A DNA stretch of 64,000 bases from Alloascoidea hylecoeti (GCA_001600815.1 BCKZ01000011.1:165622-229621); one strand, 5' to 3'; shown: positions 13,366 to 26,349, counted from the first letter of the stretch. Translations and numbers: made by a program. The notes: generated by a model from the sequence alone, not told the origin.

Positions 13366-13420
13366 AGATTTGATTTTTAGATCTTCTCGGATCAAAATCA
13401 ATCTTTAAAATTTATTAAAA

Positions 13421-14917
13421 ATGTCAACTCCTTTGAAAAAAAATGTTGTTATGATTGATAATTATGATTCATTTACTTGGAATTTATATGAATATTTATC
13501 ACAAGAAGGAGCAAATGTTCAAGTTTTTAGAAATGATAAAATTACAATTAAAGAATTAGAATTATTAAAACCTGATATAATTTTACTTTCACCAGGTCCT
13601 GGTCATCCATTAACAGATTCTGGAATTTGTCAAGATGTTATATTAAATTTTAAAGGAAAAATTCCAATATTTGGAATATGTATGGGTGAACAATGTATAT
13701 TTTCAGTATTTGGTGGTGAAGTTACTTATGCTGGTGAAATTGTTCATGGTAAAACAACACCAATTGAACATGATGGTAAAGGAATGTTTAGAAATGTACC
13801 ACAAGGTATTGCTGTTACAAGATATCATTCATTAGCTGGTTCTCAAGGTACTTTACCAAATGATCTTATTGTTACTGCTAAAACAAGTGGGAATATTATT
13901 ATGGGGGTTAGACATAAAAAATATACAATTGAAGGTGTTCAATTTCATCCTGAAAGTATTTTAACTGAAGAAGGTCATTTAATGATTAGAAATATTCTTA
14001 GTGTTACTGGTGGTTATTGGGAAGAACATTTATCATCATTACCATTAACAACAATTCCAGTTACAATAACAACAACAACAATTACAAAAACAGGTAATGA
14101 ATCAATATTAGATAAGATTTATAAACAAAGAAAAGAAGATGTATCAAAACAACAAAAAATCCCTGGTTTTACATTTAATGATTTTGAAAAAATATTAAAA
14201 ATTAAAGATCTTATCCCACCACCAATAAATTTTTATGAAAGATTAAAAAATTCAAAAACAAATCTATCATTAATTGCTGAAATTAAAAGATCATCACCAT
14301 CAAAAGGTCCAATTGAATTACAAGTAAATGCTCCAGCACAAGCATTAATATATGCAAAATCTGGTGCTTCTGCTATTTCTGTACTTACTGAACCAAATTG
14401 GTTTTCTGGTTCAATACAAGATTTAAATTGGGTTTATAAAGCAATTGAAAAACTTGAAAATAGACCTGCTTTATTACGAAAAGAATTCATATTTGATAAA
14501 TATCAAATATTAGAAGCTAGAATTAATGGTGCTGATAGTATTTTATTGATAGTTAAAATGTTAACATCAAAACAATTATTAGAATTATATAATTATTCAA
14601 TATCTCTTGGAATGGAACCATTAGTTGAAGTTAGTTCAAGAAAAGAATTAGAAGAAACAGTGTCTGTTATTACACCAAAAGTAATTGGTGTTAATAATCG
14701 TGATTTACATTCATTTACTGTTGATTTAAATACAACTACAAATGTTTTAGATTTATGTCCAAAAGATTCACTTTTATTAGCATTAAGTGGAATTTCAACA
14801 AATAAAGATGTGAGAAATTATTCAAAACAAGGAGTTAATGGATTACTTATTGGTGAAGCATTAATGAAAGCAAATAATACTGAAATTTTTATAAAAGAAT
14901 TATTAGATACAAATTAA
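13421..14917 (+). CDS. TRP3: Anthranilate synthase component II / indole-3-glycerol-phosphate synthase
   Basis: GATase motifs [28 protein letters not shown] motifs [24 protein letters not shown]. No PRAI domain. Confidence 0.97.
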   Translation: MSTPLKKNVVMIDNYDSFTWNLYEYLSQEGANVQVFRNDKITIKELELLKPDIILLSPGPGHPLTDSGICQDVILNFKGKIPIFGICMGEQCIFSVFGGEVTYAGEIVHGKTTPIEHDGKGMFRNVPQGIAVTRYHSLAGSQGTLPNDLIVTAKTSGNIIMGVRHKKYTIEGVQFHPESILTEEGHLMIRNILSVTGGYWEEHLSSLPLTTIPVTITTTTITKTGNESILDKIYKQRKEDVSKQQKIPGFTFNDFEKILKIKDLIPPPINFYERLKNSKTNLSLIAEIKRSSPSKGPIELQVNAPAQALIYAKSGASAISVLTEPNWFSGSIQDLNWVYKAIEKLENRPALLRKEFIFDKYQILEARINGADSILLIVKMLTSKQLLELYNYSISLGMEPLVEVSSRKELEETVSVITPKVIGVNNRDLHSFTVDLNTTTNVLDLCPKDSLLLALSGISTNKDVRNYSKQGVNGLLIGEALMKANNTEIFIKELLDTN

Positions 14918-17149
14918 GATAAATTTAAAATAGAAATTGAATTTTTTGTTGTTAATATAGATTATCAAAAATAATAACTTAATTATAAAATGCATATAGT
15001 TATATTTGATTTAATTATATATTTTTTATAGATAACTACAATTCATTAGAATTTTATTCTGTTTCACTTTTTAGATCTGGAAGTTTTGACCTCCTCATAT
15101 CAGAAGTTCAAAAGAAGGTTCTGACCTAATCGGCGGCGGTATGATAAATGGTCCAAATCTTCAAAGTATTATCCAAGAATTTGAGAGGAATAAAGAATCT
15201 ATAATTTTCCTTTTTTTTTGTAGAATAGAACACTATCTATACTTTCAGACTTTTATTAGCGCCTGATTTATTAATAAATTGGATTCAAATAAAATAATAA
15301 TAAAATGAAAAGAATACGATGGTGGAATAAGAGTCGTTAAATAGGAACTCTTAATTGCATATTCTAGATAAGAATTTGTAAATGATAAATCTTGTTTAGG
15401 AAGTATGATGATTCTTTTCACTGGTCCTATTTAAAAATCTGAATACTGTTCAGCCAACACACCACAATATGATCTGAAATGACTGATTGTAATGTTGAGA
15501 AAGATTAGTGTATAAAGTGTTAAACACTAGAAACCAATTCATCTTAAAATCTAGCAAACTATGGTAACTACATTGGATCAATATCTATTAAGGTTTAATG
15601 TTATGTTTGATACATTTCATTGAACTAACTTCAAAATCTGATATCTTCATTTGTTTGTGTTCTATTTTTTTTAAAAACTCATTAATAAAATTTTATCGAA
15701 TTCATTAGCTATATAGAAGTTCAATCAATACCTAGAAACAATAACAATTTTAAAAGACAAAAAAAGTTGGAAACATGAACTTATTTTATTTGAATCAATA
15801 TGTCAATAAAAACTTTTAAAAATTTAGAAATCCTTAGTGGTTTCATAGTACTATAAATATAATAAAATACAAAATATGGGAGATGAAAAGGTAAATTTTG
15901 GCAATTCTTCTTGTGGTACATTGCAACAGATTTCGTATATTCTCCACAAAACAACAGAGACAGCAGAAACAGTGATAGCTTTAATTAAACAAAGAGTAGA
16001 AAAGGGAATTTTTGATGATGAGGAAAATAAATAAACAACTGCCAAAAAAACCACATAAATTAAAAATGATATAATGAGAAACACAAAAACAGTTTTCTTT
16101 CTCAGATTCGGATTTTGTAAATTTTTGTAAAAAACACCAAAAATATCGCAAAACCCATAAATGGCAGTGAAAATACCAAAGAACTATATTCTGTTACCAT
16201 CAAGGTGGAAGAATTCGTTTAATTTTTTTAGTGGTAAGCTACTGGCGCTACTGGCGCTACCTGGGTCTGTGCCGTTATTATATAACGACGAGTTCATTTT
16301 AATAGAATGTAATCTTTTGTTTCAATTAATTCAAATCCAAATCCGAAAATAGAAGAAAAACTCATATTGGTAAAGAAGAAAAGAGGTTTGAATATTTTAT
16401 ATATATACGGTATATATTCAGCACTTAAATTTTTACTATATATTTCTGTACAGCAATTTATTTCTAAATGTTTTGAAATATACCAATTTAATGATCCAAA
16501 ACATAGCTGAACACGCTTTTTGTGATATCTAGATAATGGATTGTCTATATTATTTCACTGGTTGTCTTCGAACGCATTGCACTGCGAATATAGAACTATC
16601 AAGTTGTTGGTTTATTCAAGGGAAGTCTTTTTTCTACAGCATTTTACCATTAGAGATAATAGCAAATATAACTAATGATAGTAGCATTCAAGAGAATGTT
16701 TAATTTTTGGGTAGATGATTGATTGTTGTGTTTTCGATTATTGATTTTATTTCCATTTTCATTCCTTCCTTCTATACAAGTGCTTTCTTTTTTATTAAAC
16801 TACAGACCTTCCACCTATTAATAGTGTTATCTTTAAAAATAATTAGCTATTTAGCTGGGGGTTAATTAGCGTTATTTCTGTTAATTAATTAGCCTTCTTT
16901 TTGGAAATTAGTTAGAGATCTTGCAGATAATTATTTAACAATATTTAAAAGAATTTGGTAGTGCCATGTGTCATAAGTTGGCGTTAAATTTGAAAATGTG
17001 TATATTATAGCAGTTAATTTATATTACCGTTTCTTAAGACATTTTCACCTCTCACCTCTATAGCTACTAGCTAGGGTTGATTTATTTCTCACTTTCTTCT
17101 GAATGATATTATTAACCAATTACATTATTATGTGGAGAAGATTTCAATA

Positions 17150-18699
17150 CATGAAAATATGATTAAAACACCCAGATTCTCAGAATAGACATAACAAGCT
17201 CCATAAGCGTCTTCCTCCTAGTGTTAAAGATCGCTTCACAATCCCATTTTTGTCTAGAAATAATGATTCTAGTGATTTAACTGAGATCTATTCTTATTTA
17301 AAACCTGTGGGACACAGTGAATCAAGGTGTTGTAACGTTGAAGAATCGAAATTCAAACTCGGGGGAAGATTTATAAGGGTAGAGGATATGTGTCGTACCT
17401 CTAGAGGTCAACAAGCAACCATAACCAATAATTTAGGAGAAGATAGTATTTCAACGGAAAATGAATTTGAAGTTGTTATCAGTTATTCTATTGAAGCCAT
17501 TATTGTACATCTTCAGTAGCTTTACCAAAATGCAAAAAGCAGAGACCACCAACCGTATGTATCAAGGCATCTCATTCCTTGAATATTATACCCTCTTATC
17601 AAGCCGCTGTTTCTCCTCATGAACTAATTTTCAAACCATCTTTCGATACTGAAAAATATTCATTACTAAACTATGACCATCCATATGCGAATGATGATAT
17701 GAAATTTAAAACACTTTATACGACTGACCCCAAAACAGAAAATTTATTATATTTTAAACATTTTCAATGGATAGTTGGTAAACAAAATTCTTGCCCAGAT
17801 TAAATCATGTCAACGATCAAAGTGATTGCACATCGACCTGATCCAACCTTATATTTACCGGAATCAGTAACCTCTAGCTCAGTCCAACGCCCAATCACTA
17901 TTCCAATTGTAGGTAAATATATCATGTTTCCTCTGAAGTTCATATATAGCCCAAAAATCATTAATGGAATACCGCAGCCTCCACTATTATTATTACATCA
18001 TTGGAACCATACTTAAAAATTCATAATATCATGGAAGTGTCACTTTTCTCATTACCTCTCTATAAGAACTCGAGAGAATACTCACTAGTTGATCAGAACC
18101 AGGATGCTTTGAAAATTATTATTAATGAGAAACATGATTCCACAGCCAGATGCTCGAACTTTGGTGGTTGCGATATGCCAATTACCTCAACTGGTAAACG
18201 TGGATGTAGACTTCGTAATGAAAATATGTGGAGTCGATGGACACCACAATATGATCTAAAAAGTCAAGAAACCAAATATGAANGAACTATAAATATTAAA
18301 ATACCTTCAATTACTTCTAATTTAGTCCCGAATTTTCAAAACTGCTTCTTTTCAAGATTTTATGAATTGGAATTCAGAATTGAATTGAGATCTCAAACAC
18401 CAGTCCCCAGTCTAGGTTTGATAGAAAAAAGCTTAAAATCAATAACTGACTACAGCACCAACTACGATAATAATCGTAATAATGCTTCAACTGAACCAGC
18501 TATAAATTATAATTTTTTTTCTTCAAACAGTTCAGAGACCAATAGTTATCAGTTTACTTTAAATGTCCCTCTTGATATTGTCTTAAAATTATATGTACAT
18601 GCTTCAACAGAACCCGAACTTTTTACTAATGGTGCTCGAGACGAGTCACCGAGATCTGAGAAAATTGAGTAGGATTTCTTAAAAAAAAGAAACTTATAG
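17150..18699 (+). pseudogene. Disrupted paralogue of the Bul1/arrestin-like gene at 3-1391 (5' boundary approximate)
   Basis: Collinear similarity across ORF pieces 17250-17519, 17579-17803, 17807-18016, 18001-18672. In-frame stops at 17517 and 17801, a frameshift near 18000, and TGG>TAG at 18670 before the ancestral stop at 18697. Confidence 0.85.
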
Positions 18700-18850
18700 T
18701 TTATAATAGACCAACTCCAAAACACCTTTATAACTAAATAGTTTGTGTATTCTTGCTAATTAATCACTTATTACTTTAATCGAAATTTATCAAATTTTAT
18801 TAAATACCACATAACGAACTCAAGTTATCTGAACTAATAAATAAGGTGAA

Positions 18851-19184
18851 ATGGTTAAATCAAGTTACCCCGTTAGAGCAGCAGCTAGTAGTCTTCATCC
18901 CCAATTTGAGGAATTAAAATCAGAGGTTAATATGAGAATCAGTGATATGAGCAAACACATTGATGGATCTAACAAGTCAGTTTGATATGTTGTTGGAAAA
19001 GTTTACAACTTCAACAATCGCTGATAAAGATCCAAAAATTGATAATACAGGTTTAAATCCTATTAAGCCTGAATTATTTTATGGTAGCGCCGTTCAACAC
19101 AGCAAAATGTTCAGCTCCAAAACAACGTTCCAAACCAGCAATGCCAAACAAGGTGGTGATATTAGATTGAACAGACACCACTAA
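18851..19184 (+). mobile_element. Truncated gag-like fragment homologous to the element at 55200-57275
   Basis: MVKSSYP...LHPQFEELKSE vs MVETSNN...LLPQFEDLRSE; LTSQFDMLLEKFTTSTIADKD...GLNPIKPELFYGS vs LSNKFDKLMNMFATSRNAEKD...GLNLIKPKLSYGS. Confidence 0.6.
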
Positions 19185-19685
19185 GCTTTTCAGACTGTTC
19201 CCCTTTTTTGACGTATAACTCTATTTCAACCTTTTTAGGATTACCGGCATGGATTATACTTTATAGATAATTTATAAAGATCAAGAGTGATTCATTAAAA
19301 CAATGCTATAAATAAAGTATATAAATTAGTGCTTATATATTTTGACTAAACATCGATATCACACTTGAAAGCTGATAATACATGGTTGTTCCGAAATAGT
19401 TGGAGACTTGAAGCAAAAACAAGAATCAATAGTGGGATCAAGTGACTAGGATTTAGTGATGTCGGGTCAAAGATAGGCCGAAGTAATATCAGTATAACTG
19501 AATTCAATAATAATCAAATACAATTTGTCCGTCATCTCTAGTATAAAAAGAATTATGTTTACCCTCAAAATCTCTATTATTTTTAAAATTGTTATTGATA
19601 TATTTAGTATAATTACAAAAATCGAAAACGAATAACATTTAAGAAACAATAATAATAATAATAATAATAATAATTGGTTAAAAAA

Positions 19686-19688
19686 ATG
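19686..19688 (+). other. Probable true start codon of LRA3 (the ORF track starts at an upstream TTG, 19674)
   Basis: First in-frame ATG in an A-rich context (AAAAAATGTC). Confidence 0.7.
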
Positions 19689-20945
19689 TCAAAAGAATTT
19701 CCAAAAATTAAATCTATTACTGCCTTTGTAATCCATGGAAAGGGAATAGGAGGTGATTATCATAATGTTGAAAGAGGTCATTGGTTAATTGATAATCCAA
19801 TTGCAAATCCAATGTCAAAATATGCTCCATATAGAGCATCAAGAGTTAGTTGGGGTATTAATGTATTAGGTTCTCTTTGTATTCAAATTGAGGCAACTGA
19901 TGGTACAAAAGGTTTTGCAACTGGGTTTGGAGGTCCACCAGCTTGTTGGTTAGTTAAAAATCATTTTGAAAGATTTATTGTTGGAGAAGATCCAAGAGAT
20001 TTAAATGTTATTTGGGATAAATTATTTAGAGCTTCAATGTTTTATGGTAGGAAAGGTATTACTTTGGCAACAATTTCAGTTATTGATCTGGCGTTATGGG
20101 ATTTATTAGGACAAATTAGAAAAGAACCTGTTTATAAGATGATTGGTGGTGCAACAAGAGAAAGACTTGATTTTTATTGTACCGGTAATAGACCCGATGC
20201 AGCTAAAGAAATGGGATTCTGGGGTGGTAAGGTTGCATTACCTTATGGTCCTGATGAAGGTCATAAAGGTCTTATGAAAAATGTTGCATTTTTGAAAAAA
20301 CAAAGAGAGGCAATTGGTCCTGATTTTCCATTAATGGTTGATTGTTATATGGCATTAAATGTTCCTTATGCTATTGATTTAGCTAATGCAACACAGGATT
20401 TGAATATTAATTGGTTTGAGGAAGTTCTACATCCCGATGATTTTGATGGATTTACCCAATTAAAAAGAGCCTGCCCTTGGATGAAATGGACAACAGGTGA
20501 ACATGAATATACAAAATATGGGTTTAGAAAATTAATTGAAGGTAGAAACATTGATATTTTACAACCTGATGTTATGTGGGTTGGTGGTATGACGGAGATT
20601 TTAAAAGTTGCGGCACAAGCTGCTGCCTATGATATTCCTGTTGTTCCTCATGCTTCAGGACCATATTCTTATCATTTTGTAGTTTCTCAACAAAATACCC
20701 CATTTCAAGAATATTTAGCAAATTCTCCAGATGGAACTTATGTCCTTCCTGTTTTTGGTAAATTATTCTTGGATGAACCAATCCCGTCAAAGGGATATTT
20801 AAATGTTTCAGAACTTGATAAGCCTGGTTTTGGGTTAACTTTGAATCCTGCTGCTGAATTAATTTCAGGGGAACAATTATGGTCTCCAAGTATAGAAAGA
20901 CCTTTAAAGATAAAGGATGAGGATCTTGAAGAAAAGAAGAATTAA
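19686..20945 (+). CDS. LRA3: L-rhamnonate dehydratase (enolase superfamily)
   Basis: GGDYH...HWLID.PIANPMSKY..YRASR.SWG, LMVDCYM, WFEE, TTGEHEY, QPDVMWVGG, VVPHASG are typical of the RhmD/Lra3 family. Confidence 0.9.
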   Translation: MSKEFPKIKSITAFVIHGKGIGGDYHNVERGHWLIDNPIANPMSKYAPYRASRVSWGINVLGSLCIQIEATDGTKGFATGFGGPPACWLVKNHFERFIVGEDPRDLNVIWDKLFRASMFYGRKGITLATISVIDLALWDLLGQIRKEPVYKMIGGATRERLDFYCTGNRPDAAKEMGFWGGKVALPYGPDEGHKGLMKNVAFLKKQREAIGPDFPLMVDCYMALNVPYAIDLANATQDLNINWFEEVLHPDDFDGFTQLKRACPWMKWTTGEHEYTKYGFRKLIEGRNIDILQPDVMWVGGMTEILKVAAQAAAYDIPVVPHASGPYSYHFVVSQQNTPFQEYLANSPDGTYVLPVFGKLFLDEPIPSKGYLNVSELDKPGFGLTLNPAAELISGEQLWSPSIERPLKIKDEDLEEKKN

Positions 20946-21840
20946 ATAGTATTAAATTAACTAATAAAATCGGCTCATCTTTAATTTTGAAATTCTGAGA
21001 TTTTAAGATCTTCGGGCTTACTTTTTTGTTAAATTAATAATAGAACATAGGAATTAATGAAGATGAATTTAAAAGTTTTAATCTCTATTACATATAGATC
21101 ATGATATAATTGTAGTTATAAAGGATATCATATATTGATAGTAAACTTAAATCAAGAACATATGTTAATTATAGATTTTGGATGCTCTCGTGGAATACAC
21201 TCGACAAGAGGTTGTGTGTGCGACTTTGGGCAAAATAGTCTTTAAAAATTCATTACACAACTTATATAAGTTATAAGCTATAATTATATAAGACTACATT
21301 TAAACAAGAATGTCTCACTGTCCACATTTAGCCATGCTTGAATCTTCTAATTAACTAAATCTTGCAATTTGCAATTAATAATGTGTGTGTCAGAATATTT
21401 CTCTCAGGTTTTATGATCTATTATTAATTTGGGTTTCTCTATCTTTAATTTTATGTTTTACCATTCATAATTTATGGCAGAAGATCTTTGCTTAACATTT
21501 CTTCAGTCTGATGATATCTGTAGCTACACATGTTACAGCATATTTGGATAATAAAAGTCTTGATACCTGAAAGATCATTTCCCCACAATAATTGCAACTT
21601 TTGAATCGAAGTTACCATGATCTGTATGAGTTGACATAACTAACTCAATAAGCACCTTAAAAAATGATATAAAAGACATACAAATTCCAATTCCAATGTT
21701 TAAGATAGAATATAATTATATTAGGACAAAAGAGGATTAAAACTTGTAAAAAAAAGTTTGACATTATATTATATATTTCTGTTAATCTATAATTTATAAT
21801 TAATCCAAAATTCAAAAATCAAAATTCACAGTTTAAAATT

Positions 21841-22564
21841 TCATTTCAAATGTATTCGAGCCGCTAATGGTTTCTTACTACCATCAACCAATAATTCAAC
21901 CTAAAAATTAATATTTTCAAGAGTTAGAAACGAAAACAAATGAAATCATTTAATATCCTTAATATGTATACGCATAGTAAACTAAAAATTGAAAAAATGA
22001 AATTCCAATTTCTTTTAAAAAAAACTTACACGTAGTCGAGATTTCCCACCATCAATTCCAATTCCATTATATTTCAAAGCAGCTTCCTGAGCATCTTTAG
22101 TATTAATAAAAGTTAAAATACAAGTTCCTAATGGATTTCCTTCTTCATTAAAATGCATTATTCTATTTTTAATAGGTCCAATTGCTTGTGAGAAATACTC
22201 CTATAATATAATGTAATTGAATAAATTGAAATGTTAGATTTTATAATCGCCACAAGTGTAACTATTTCTTTTGAACAAGAATTATGATTAATTGTTATCA
22301 TTTGTTATTACTAACCTGAACAGAAGCACCAGAAATATCATTTGGTAAATTAGATATAAGAACTCTTGTTGAAACTTCACTACTTGCACCTAATGGTTTT
22401 GCAGCTGCCCATGCAGCAAAATTTATACCATTAATACCTGCTGTTATTGTTTTATTATTATTAGAATTGAAAAGTGATGTTCCTTTCCCACTTCTTGATT
22501 GTATATGTGGTCGTGAAGTATTATTTATTTGTTTTGGTTTAATTTTTCTTTTATTTAATGCCAT
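21841..22564 (-). CDS. Yra1/Aly-REF-like RRM protein (159 aa); exons 22564-22316, 22200-22030, 21900-21841
   Basis: Spliced RRM 'TRVLISNLPNDISGASVQ-EYFSQAIGPI...FNEEGNPLGTCILTF...YNGIGIDGGKSRLR-VELLVDGSKKPLAARI' parallels Yra1. Two phase-0 introns with CTAAC branch points. Confidence 0.8.
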
Positions 22565-22823
22565 AATTGTAAATTAATCGTATACGGGTAATGATTAATC
22601 GAATTTCTGTTTGTGTGTTCGTGGTGGGGTGTCGATGAAATGTTACCCGGCATCCACAAAATACAAACAGTGATAATCTAATTCATAATCTAATTCTTAT
22701 TCTTATTCTTATTCTTATTCTTATTAAAAAAATACTTATTCATAGTTACTTATTATTTAAAATTTTATTTCATTTTTCTCCGTTTTTATTTTTATTTTTA
22801 TTTTTATTTTGGTTAGTTAATTA

Positions 22824-25511
22824 TCACCGATTTAAATCACCATTTAAATTCCCATTCCCATCCTGTAAACTATTCTCTATAAACATATTATCATATAAAT
22901 CCCTTGTATTATTACTAAATGAACCACTTCCACCATTATCATTAAACAATCCAATTCTGCCATTTCCCGGATCCCCAGTATCAGGAGATGATAAAAGATC
23001 CGTTTGTGGAGATGAAGAAGGCAGATTAATCACATGAATACCTTGTGGACTTAATAAATTTGGATCTAATTGATTTGAACTTCCACCACCACCTCCTCCT
23101 CCTTGTTGTTGTTGTAAAAATGTAATTTGTCGATCTCTTTCTTCTTCTTCACGTAATGGTCTAATACATTCTTTACCAGCCTCAGTTCTAAAATGTCTAC
23201 CTAATGCATCCGCCCTTGCGAATTTTTTCCCACAACCCCAATGCATGCCATTATTTAAAATTCCAAAACACTGATATTTTTTCTTACCTGTATGCAATTC
23301 TTCATGTCTTCTACAATCATGTTGTCTCGCAAAAGCTTTTCCACAAACTTTACAAATAAAAGGTTTTTCATTTGTATGAGTACGTAAATGAGAATGTAAA
23401 TTATATGCCCTTGTAAATTTTTTATCACATAAATGACAACCATAAATTGATGGATGTTTTTGAGTTCTTTTTGATGGACCTGAAGGTGATGCTAATTCAA
23501 GCATATAATTTCTATCCATTGATGTACTTCTATCTCTTGAATGTGTTGAATTATGCGATGATGATCTTTTTCTTGAATGTGATGTTGTTGTTTGTGTAGT
23601 TAATGTTATTGGAGTTGTTGTATTTGGACTTAAATTATTACCTTCTGGATGTAATAAATTCCCAGAATTATTAAAATTTGGACTATTTATTGTACCTAAT
23701 GGACTATCAATAATCGAATTATTTGGTGATAATAATAATGACGTTGTTGGTGATGATAAATATTTCCCTCCACTATTGTTACCGTTATTTCCGTTACCGC
23801 CATTATTTCCGATATTATTAATATTTTGTCCATTAATATTTATTGAATCATTATTTGGACTATTGTTCCTTGATGATAATTTTGGACTTTTATCAAACAA
23901 TGAACCATTAAAATCTCTATTTCTACCTCTTGATCTTGATCTTGAATGAGAATGAGATCTTGATCTTGATTGTGATTGAGAATTTGAATTTGAATTTGAA
24001 TTGGCTGATGATGATCTTTCAATATAATTAAAATTATTTGGAGAATTTGATGGTGATAATGATCCATTTGATGATAATGGAGAATTATTATTTGAATTTG
24101 TTGAAGTATTTATAAAATCAAAATTAACTGCTGGTGTTAATTCAATGATTGGTGAATTTGATATACTATTATTACCTCCTTGATCATTATTATTATTATT
24201 TGGATTATCTCTATTGTCTTCTAATGTAATTTTAGGTATTGGTGGAGCAATATCGATATCATTAATATCATTAATATCATTAACAGAAGGAAATTGATAA
24301 TCACGAGAACTTTGATGTTGATGATGATGTTGTTGTTGATACTGAGTATCTAATTGTAGTTGTAATTGTTGTTGATATATAACATTACTACTAGTTGATC
24401 TTGAATGATTTGATTGTGAATTCGAATTCCGATTTAAATTTAAATTTAAATTGTCATTTTCATTTATCGTTGATTTATCTTCATTTATTCTTGATTCATG
24501 ATTATTATTATTATTATTATTATCATTAAATAGTGGAGGATTATATAAATCATCATTAACAATATTTGTATCAAGTGATAAATTAATACTATTAATTCTT
24601 TTTAAATTATTATTATTATTTGGTGGGGAAAAATTTGTATTTGGATTAGGAATTAAATGTTGTTGATTTAATTGTTGATTTAGTTGTTGATTTAATTGAG
24701 ATTGAGATTGAGATTGAGATTGAGATTGAGATTGTGTTTGTGAATACTTGATTTGCTGATCAATTAATGAACTTAATTGAAAATCATTATCATCATTTAA
24801 ACCTTCCAAATTTGTACCTATAGTATTAAAATCATCAAAATTAGTATCTAAAAATCTTGGTTCAATATTTGGACTTTGGTTTTGATTATTATTTTGACTG
24901 TTTAGTTGAATATTTGATGAATTTAAATTTCCAGTTGTTTGTGGGAATAAAAAAGGAGAATTAACATTTGAATGATAGGGAGAAAATGAGGCAATTGAAG
25001 AATTATCCGAATGTTGAGATAATAATGAAAATGTTCTTGAATGGGAACGGGAACGAGAACGAGAGCGAGAACCAGGATGAGAAAGTGACAATGAACTTGT
25101 ATGAGTTGGGGATAATGAATTTGAGACATGATAAGGATTGGAGGGAATTAATAACGTATTTTGCTGTTCCTGTCTAGAAACATTAACATCTGTAAAATTG
25201 TTCATTTCCATTTCCATTTCCATTTCCATTTCAACTTCAATGTGACCCGGTCCGTCAATGTTGAAGCTGGGCACGTGCATTGGACTCTGCTGGTGGAGTT
25301 GTTGTTGAAGTTGTTGATGTTGGGCTGTATAAGGAGTTTGGTTTCTAGTAGGGATATCCAGAAATGAGAGCATATCTTCGGGGATGGTCACAGCGTTGGA
25401 GGTGTTGTTTTGCAACGCCCCGTCGCCCACCTGGCTATACTGACACTGGTCGTAAAAGAACTCATCTCCAGCAGATCCCCTTGAAGGTTGATTTTTAGTG
25501 TTCCTCTCCAT
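22824..25511 (-). CDS. CRZ1: Calcineurin-responsive C2H2 zinc-finger transcription factor
   Basis: C-terminal fingers [27 protein letters not shown] / [18 protein letters not shown] / [17 protein letters not shown]. PxIxIT-like PKITLE and PIIELT. Confidence 0.92.
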   Translation of the reverse strand: MERNTKNQPSRGSAGDEFFYDQCQYSQVGDGALQNNTSNAVTIPEDMLSFLDIPTRNQTPYTAQHQQLQQQLHQQSPMHVPSFNIDGPGHIEVEMEMEMEMEMNNFTDVNVSRQEQQNTLLIPSNPYHVSNSLSPTHTSSLSLSHPGSRSRSRSRSHSRTFSLLSQHSDNSSIASFSPYHSNVNSPFLFPQTTGNLNSSNIQLNSQNNNQNQSPNIEPRFLDTNFDDFNTIGTNLEGLNDDNDFQLSSLIDQQIKYSQTQSQSQSQSQSQSQLNQQLNQQLNQQHLIPNPNTNFSPPNNNNNLKRINSINLSLDTNIVNDDLYNPPLFNDNNNNNNNHESRINEDKSTINENDNLNLNLNRNSNSQSNHSRSTSSNVIYQQQLQLQLDTQYQQQHHHQHQSSRDYQFPSVNDINDINDIDIAPPIPKITLEDNRDNPNNNNNDQGGNNSISNSPIIELTPAVNFDFINTSTNSNNNSPLSSNGSLSPSNSPNNFNYIERSSSANSNSNSNSQSQSRSRSHSHSRSRSRGRNRDFNGSLFDKSPKLSSRNNSPNNDSININGQNINNIGNNGGNGNNGNNSGGKYLSSPTTSLLLSPNNSIIDSPLGTINSPNFNNSGNLLHPEGNNLSPNTTTPITLTTQTTTSHSRKRSSSHNSTHSRDRSTSMDRNYMLELASPSGPSKRTQKHPSIYGCHLCDKKFTRAYNLHSHLRTHTNEKPFICKVCGKAFARQHDCRRHEELHTGKKKYQCFGILNNGMHWGCGKKFARADALGRHFRTEAGKECIRPLREEEERDRQITFLQQQQGGGGGGGSSNQLDPNLLSPQGIHVINLPSSSPQTDLLSSPDTGDPGNGRIGLFNDNGGSGSFSNNTRDLYDNMFIENSLQDGNGNLNGDLNR

Positions 25512-25636
25512 AAACAGTATTGTTCGTGTTTATTTGTGACTGTTTAAAAGATGCCACCGGTGGACGGAGGAATCGCGAGGCAGGGTAACTTATATAGTAA
25601 AGGAGACGGAGGGTAACTGCATCTCTCTACTCAGCA

Positions 25637-26165
25637 ATGAAGGGAATACTGGCTTATAACAGGAGGCTGCTGCAGAGATCGACGGCTGTGAGACTGTCGA
25701 GTTTGAGACCTCCAAATGTGCGACTACCAAGTATCAGGCATTATACATTCAAAGTCTCGGAGGTGGATATAGACGAAGTCCCCCTGAACCAATACCACTC
25801 AATTGCTGATGGCGTATTGGAAGAAATTGTTGATGAATTGGAAACCATCGGAGAAACTAAGCCAGATTTAGATGTTGAATTGAATGTATGTTACTATCTA
25901 TATAATGTATTAAATGAATCTAACAATTTGATAGCAAGGGGTGTTAACTCTGGAACTCCCACCTGTCGGAACTTATGTCATTAATAAACAACCGGCTGCA
26001 AAACAAATATGGGTTTCTAGTCCAATAAGCGGCCCTTCAAAATATGATTTGGTCCATGGAAAGTGGACTTATCTTCGCGATGGTTCTTTATTAGGCAATC
26101 TATTAAGGACTGAAATTGCAGAATCAACTGGTGTTGATGTTAAATTCGAAGGAATTGATGACTAA
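25637..26165 (+). CDS. YFH1: Mitochondrial frataxin; exons 25637-25885, 25935-26165
   Basis: Arg/Ser-rich presequence; GVLTLELPPVGTYVINKQP..KQIWVSSPISGP. 49-nt intron GTATGT..ATCTAAC..TAG. Confidence 0.95.
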
Positions 26166-26349
26166 CCCTTTTCATGAGAGTTTTAATACTATAATCACTG
26201 ATATCTATATAGCATTTTTGTTTCTTCACCTATTCATCATCACATTTAATTTCTTTTTCATCTGCAAATATTGTATCTAGATAGTTGAATTGCAATTGTA
26301 ATAATAATAGAAAAATAACAATGTTTAACTTGATCAATAAGAGTTCATA

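Noticed and set aside
15877..16032. ~51-aa plus-strand ORF (MGDEKVNF...DDEENK)
   Set aside because: Too short and no homology recognised.
19463..19480. CGG...CCG upstream of LRA3 as a rhamnose-regulator site
   Set aside because: The spacer counts to 12 nt, not the 11 I recall for Aspergillus RhaR, and it is a single occurrence.
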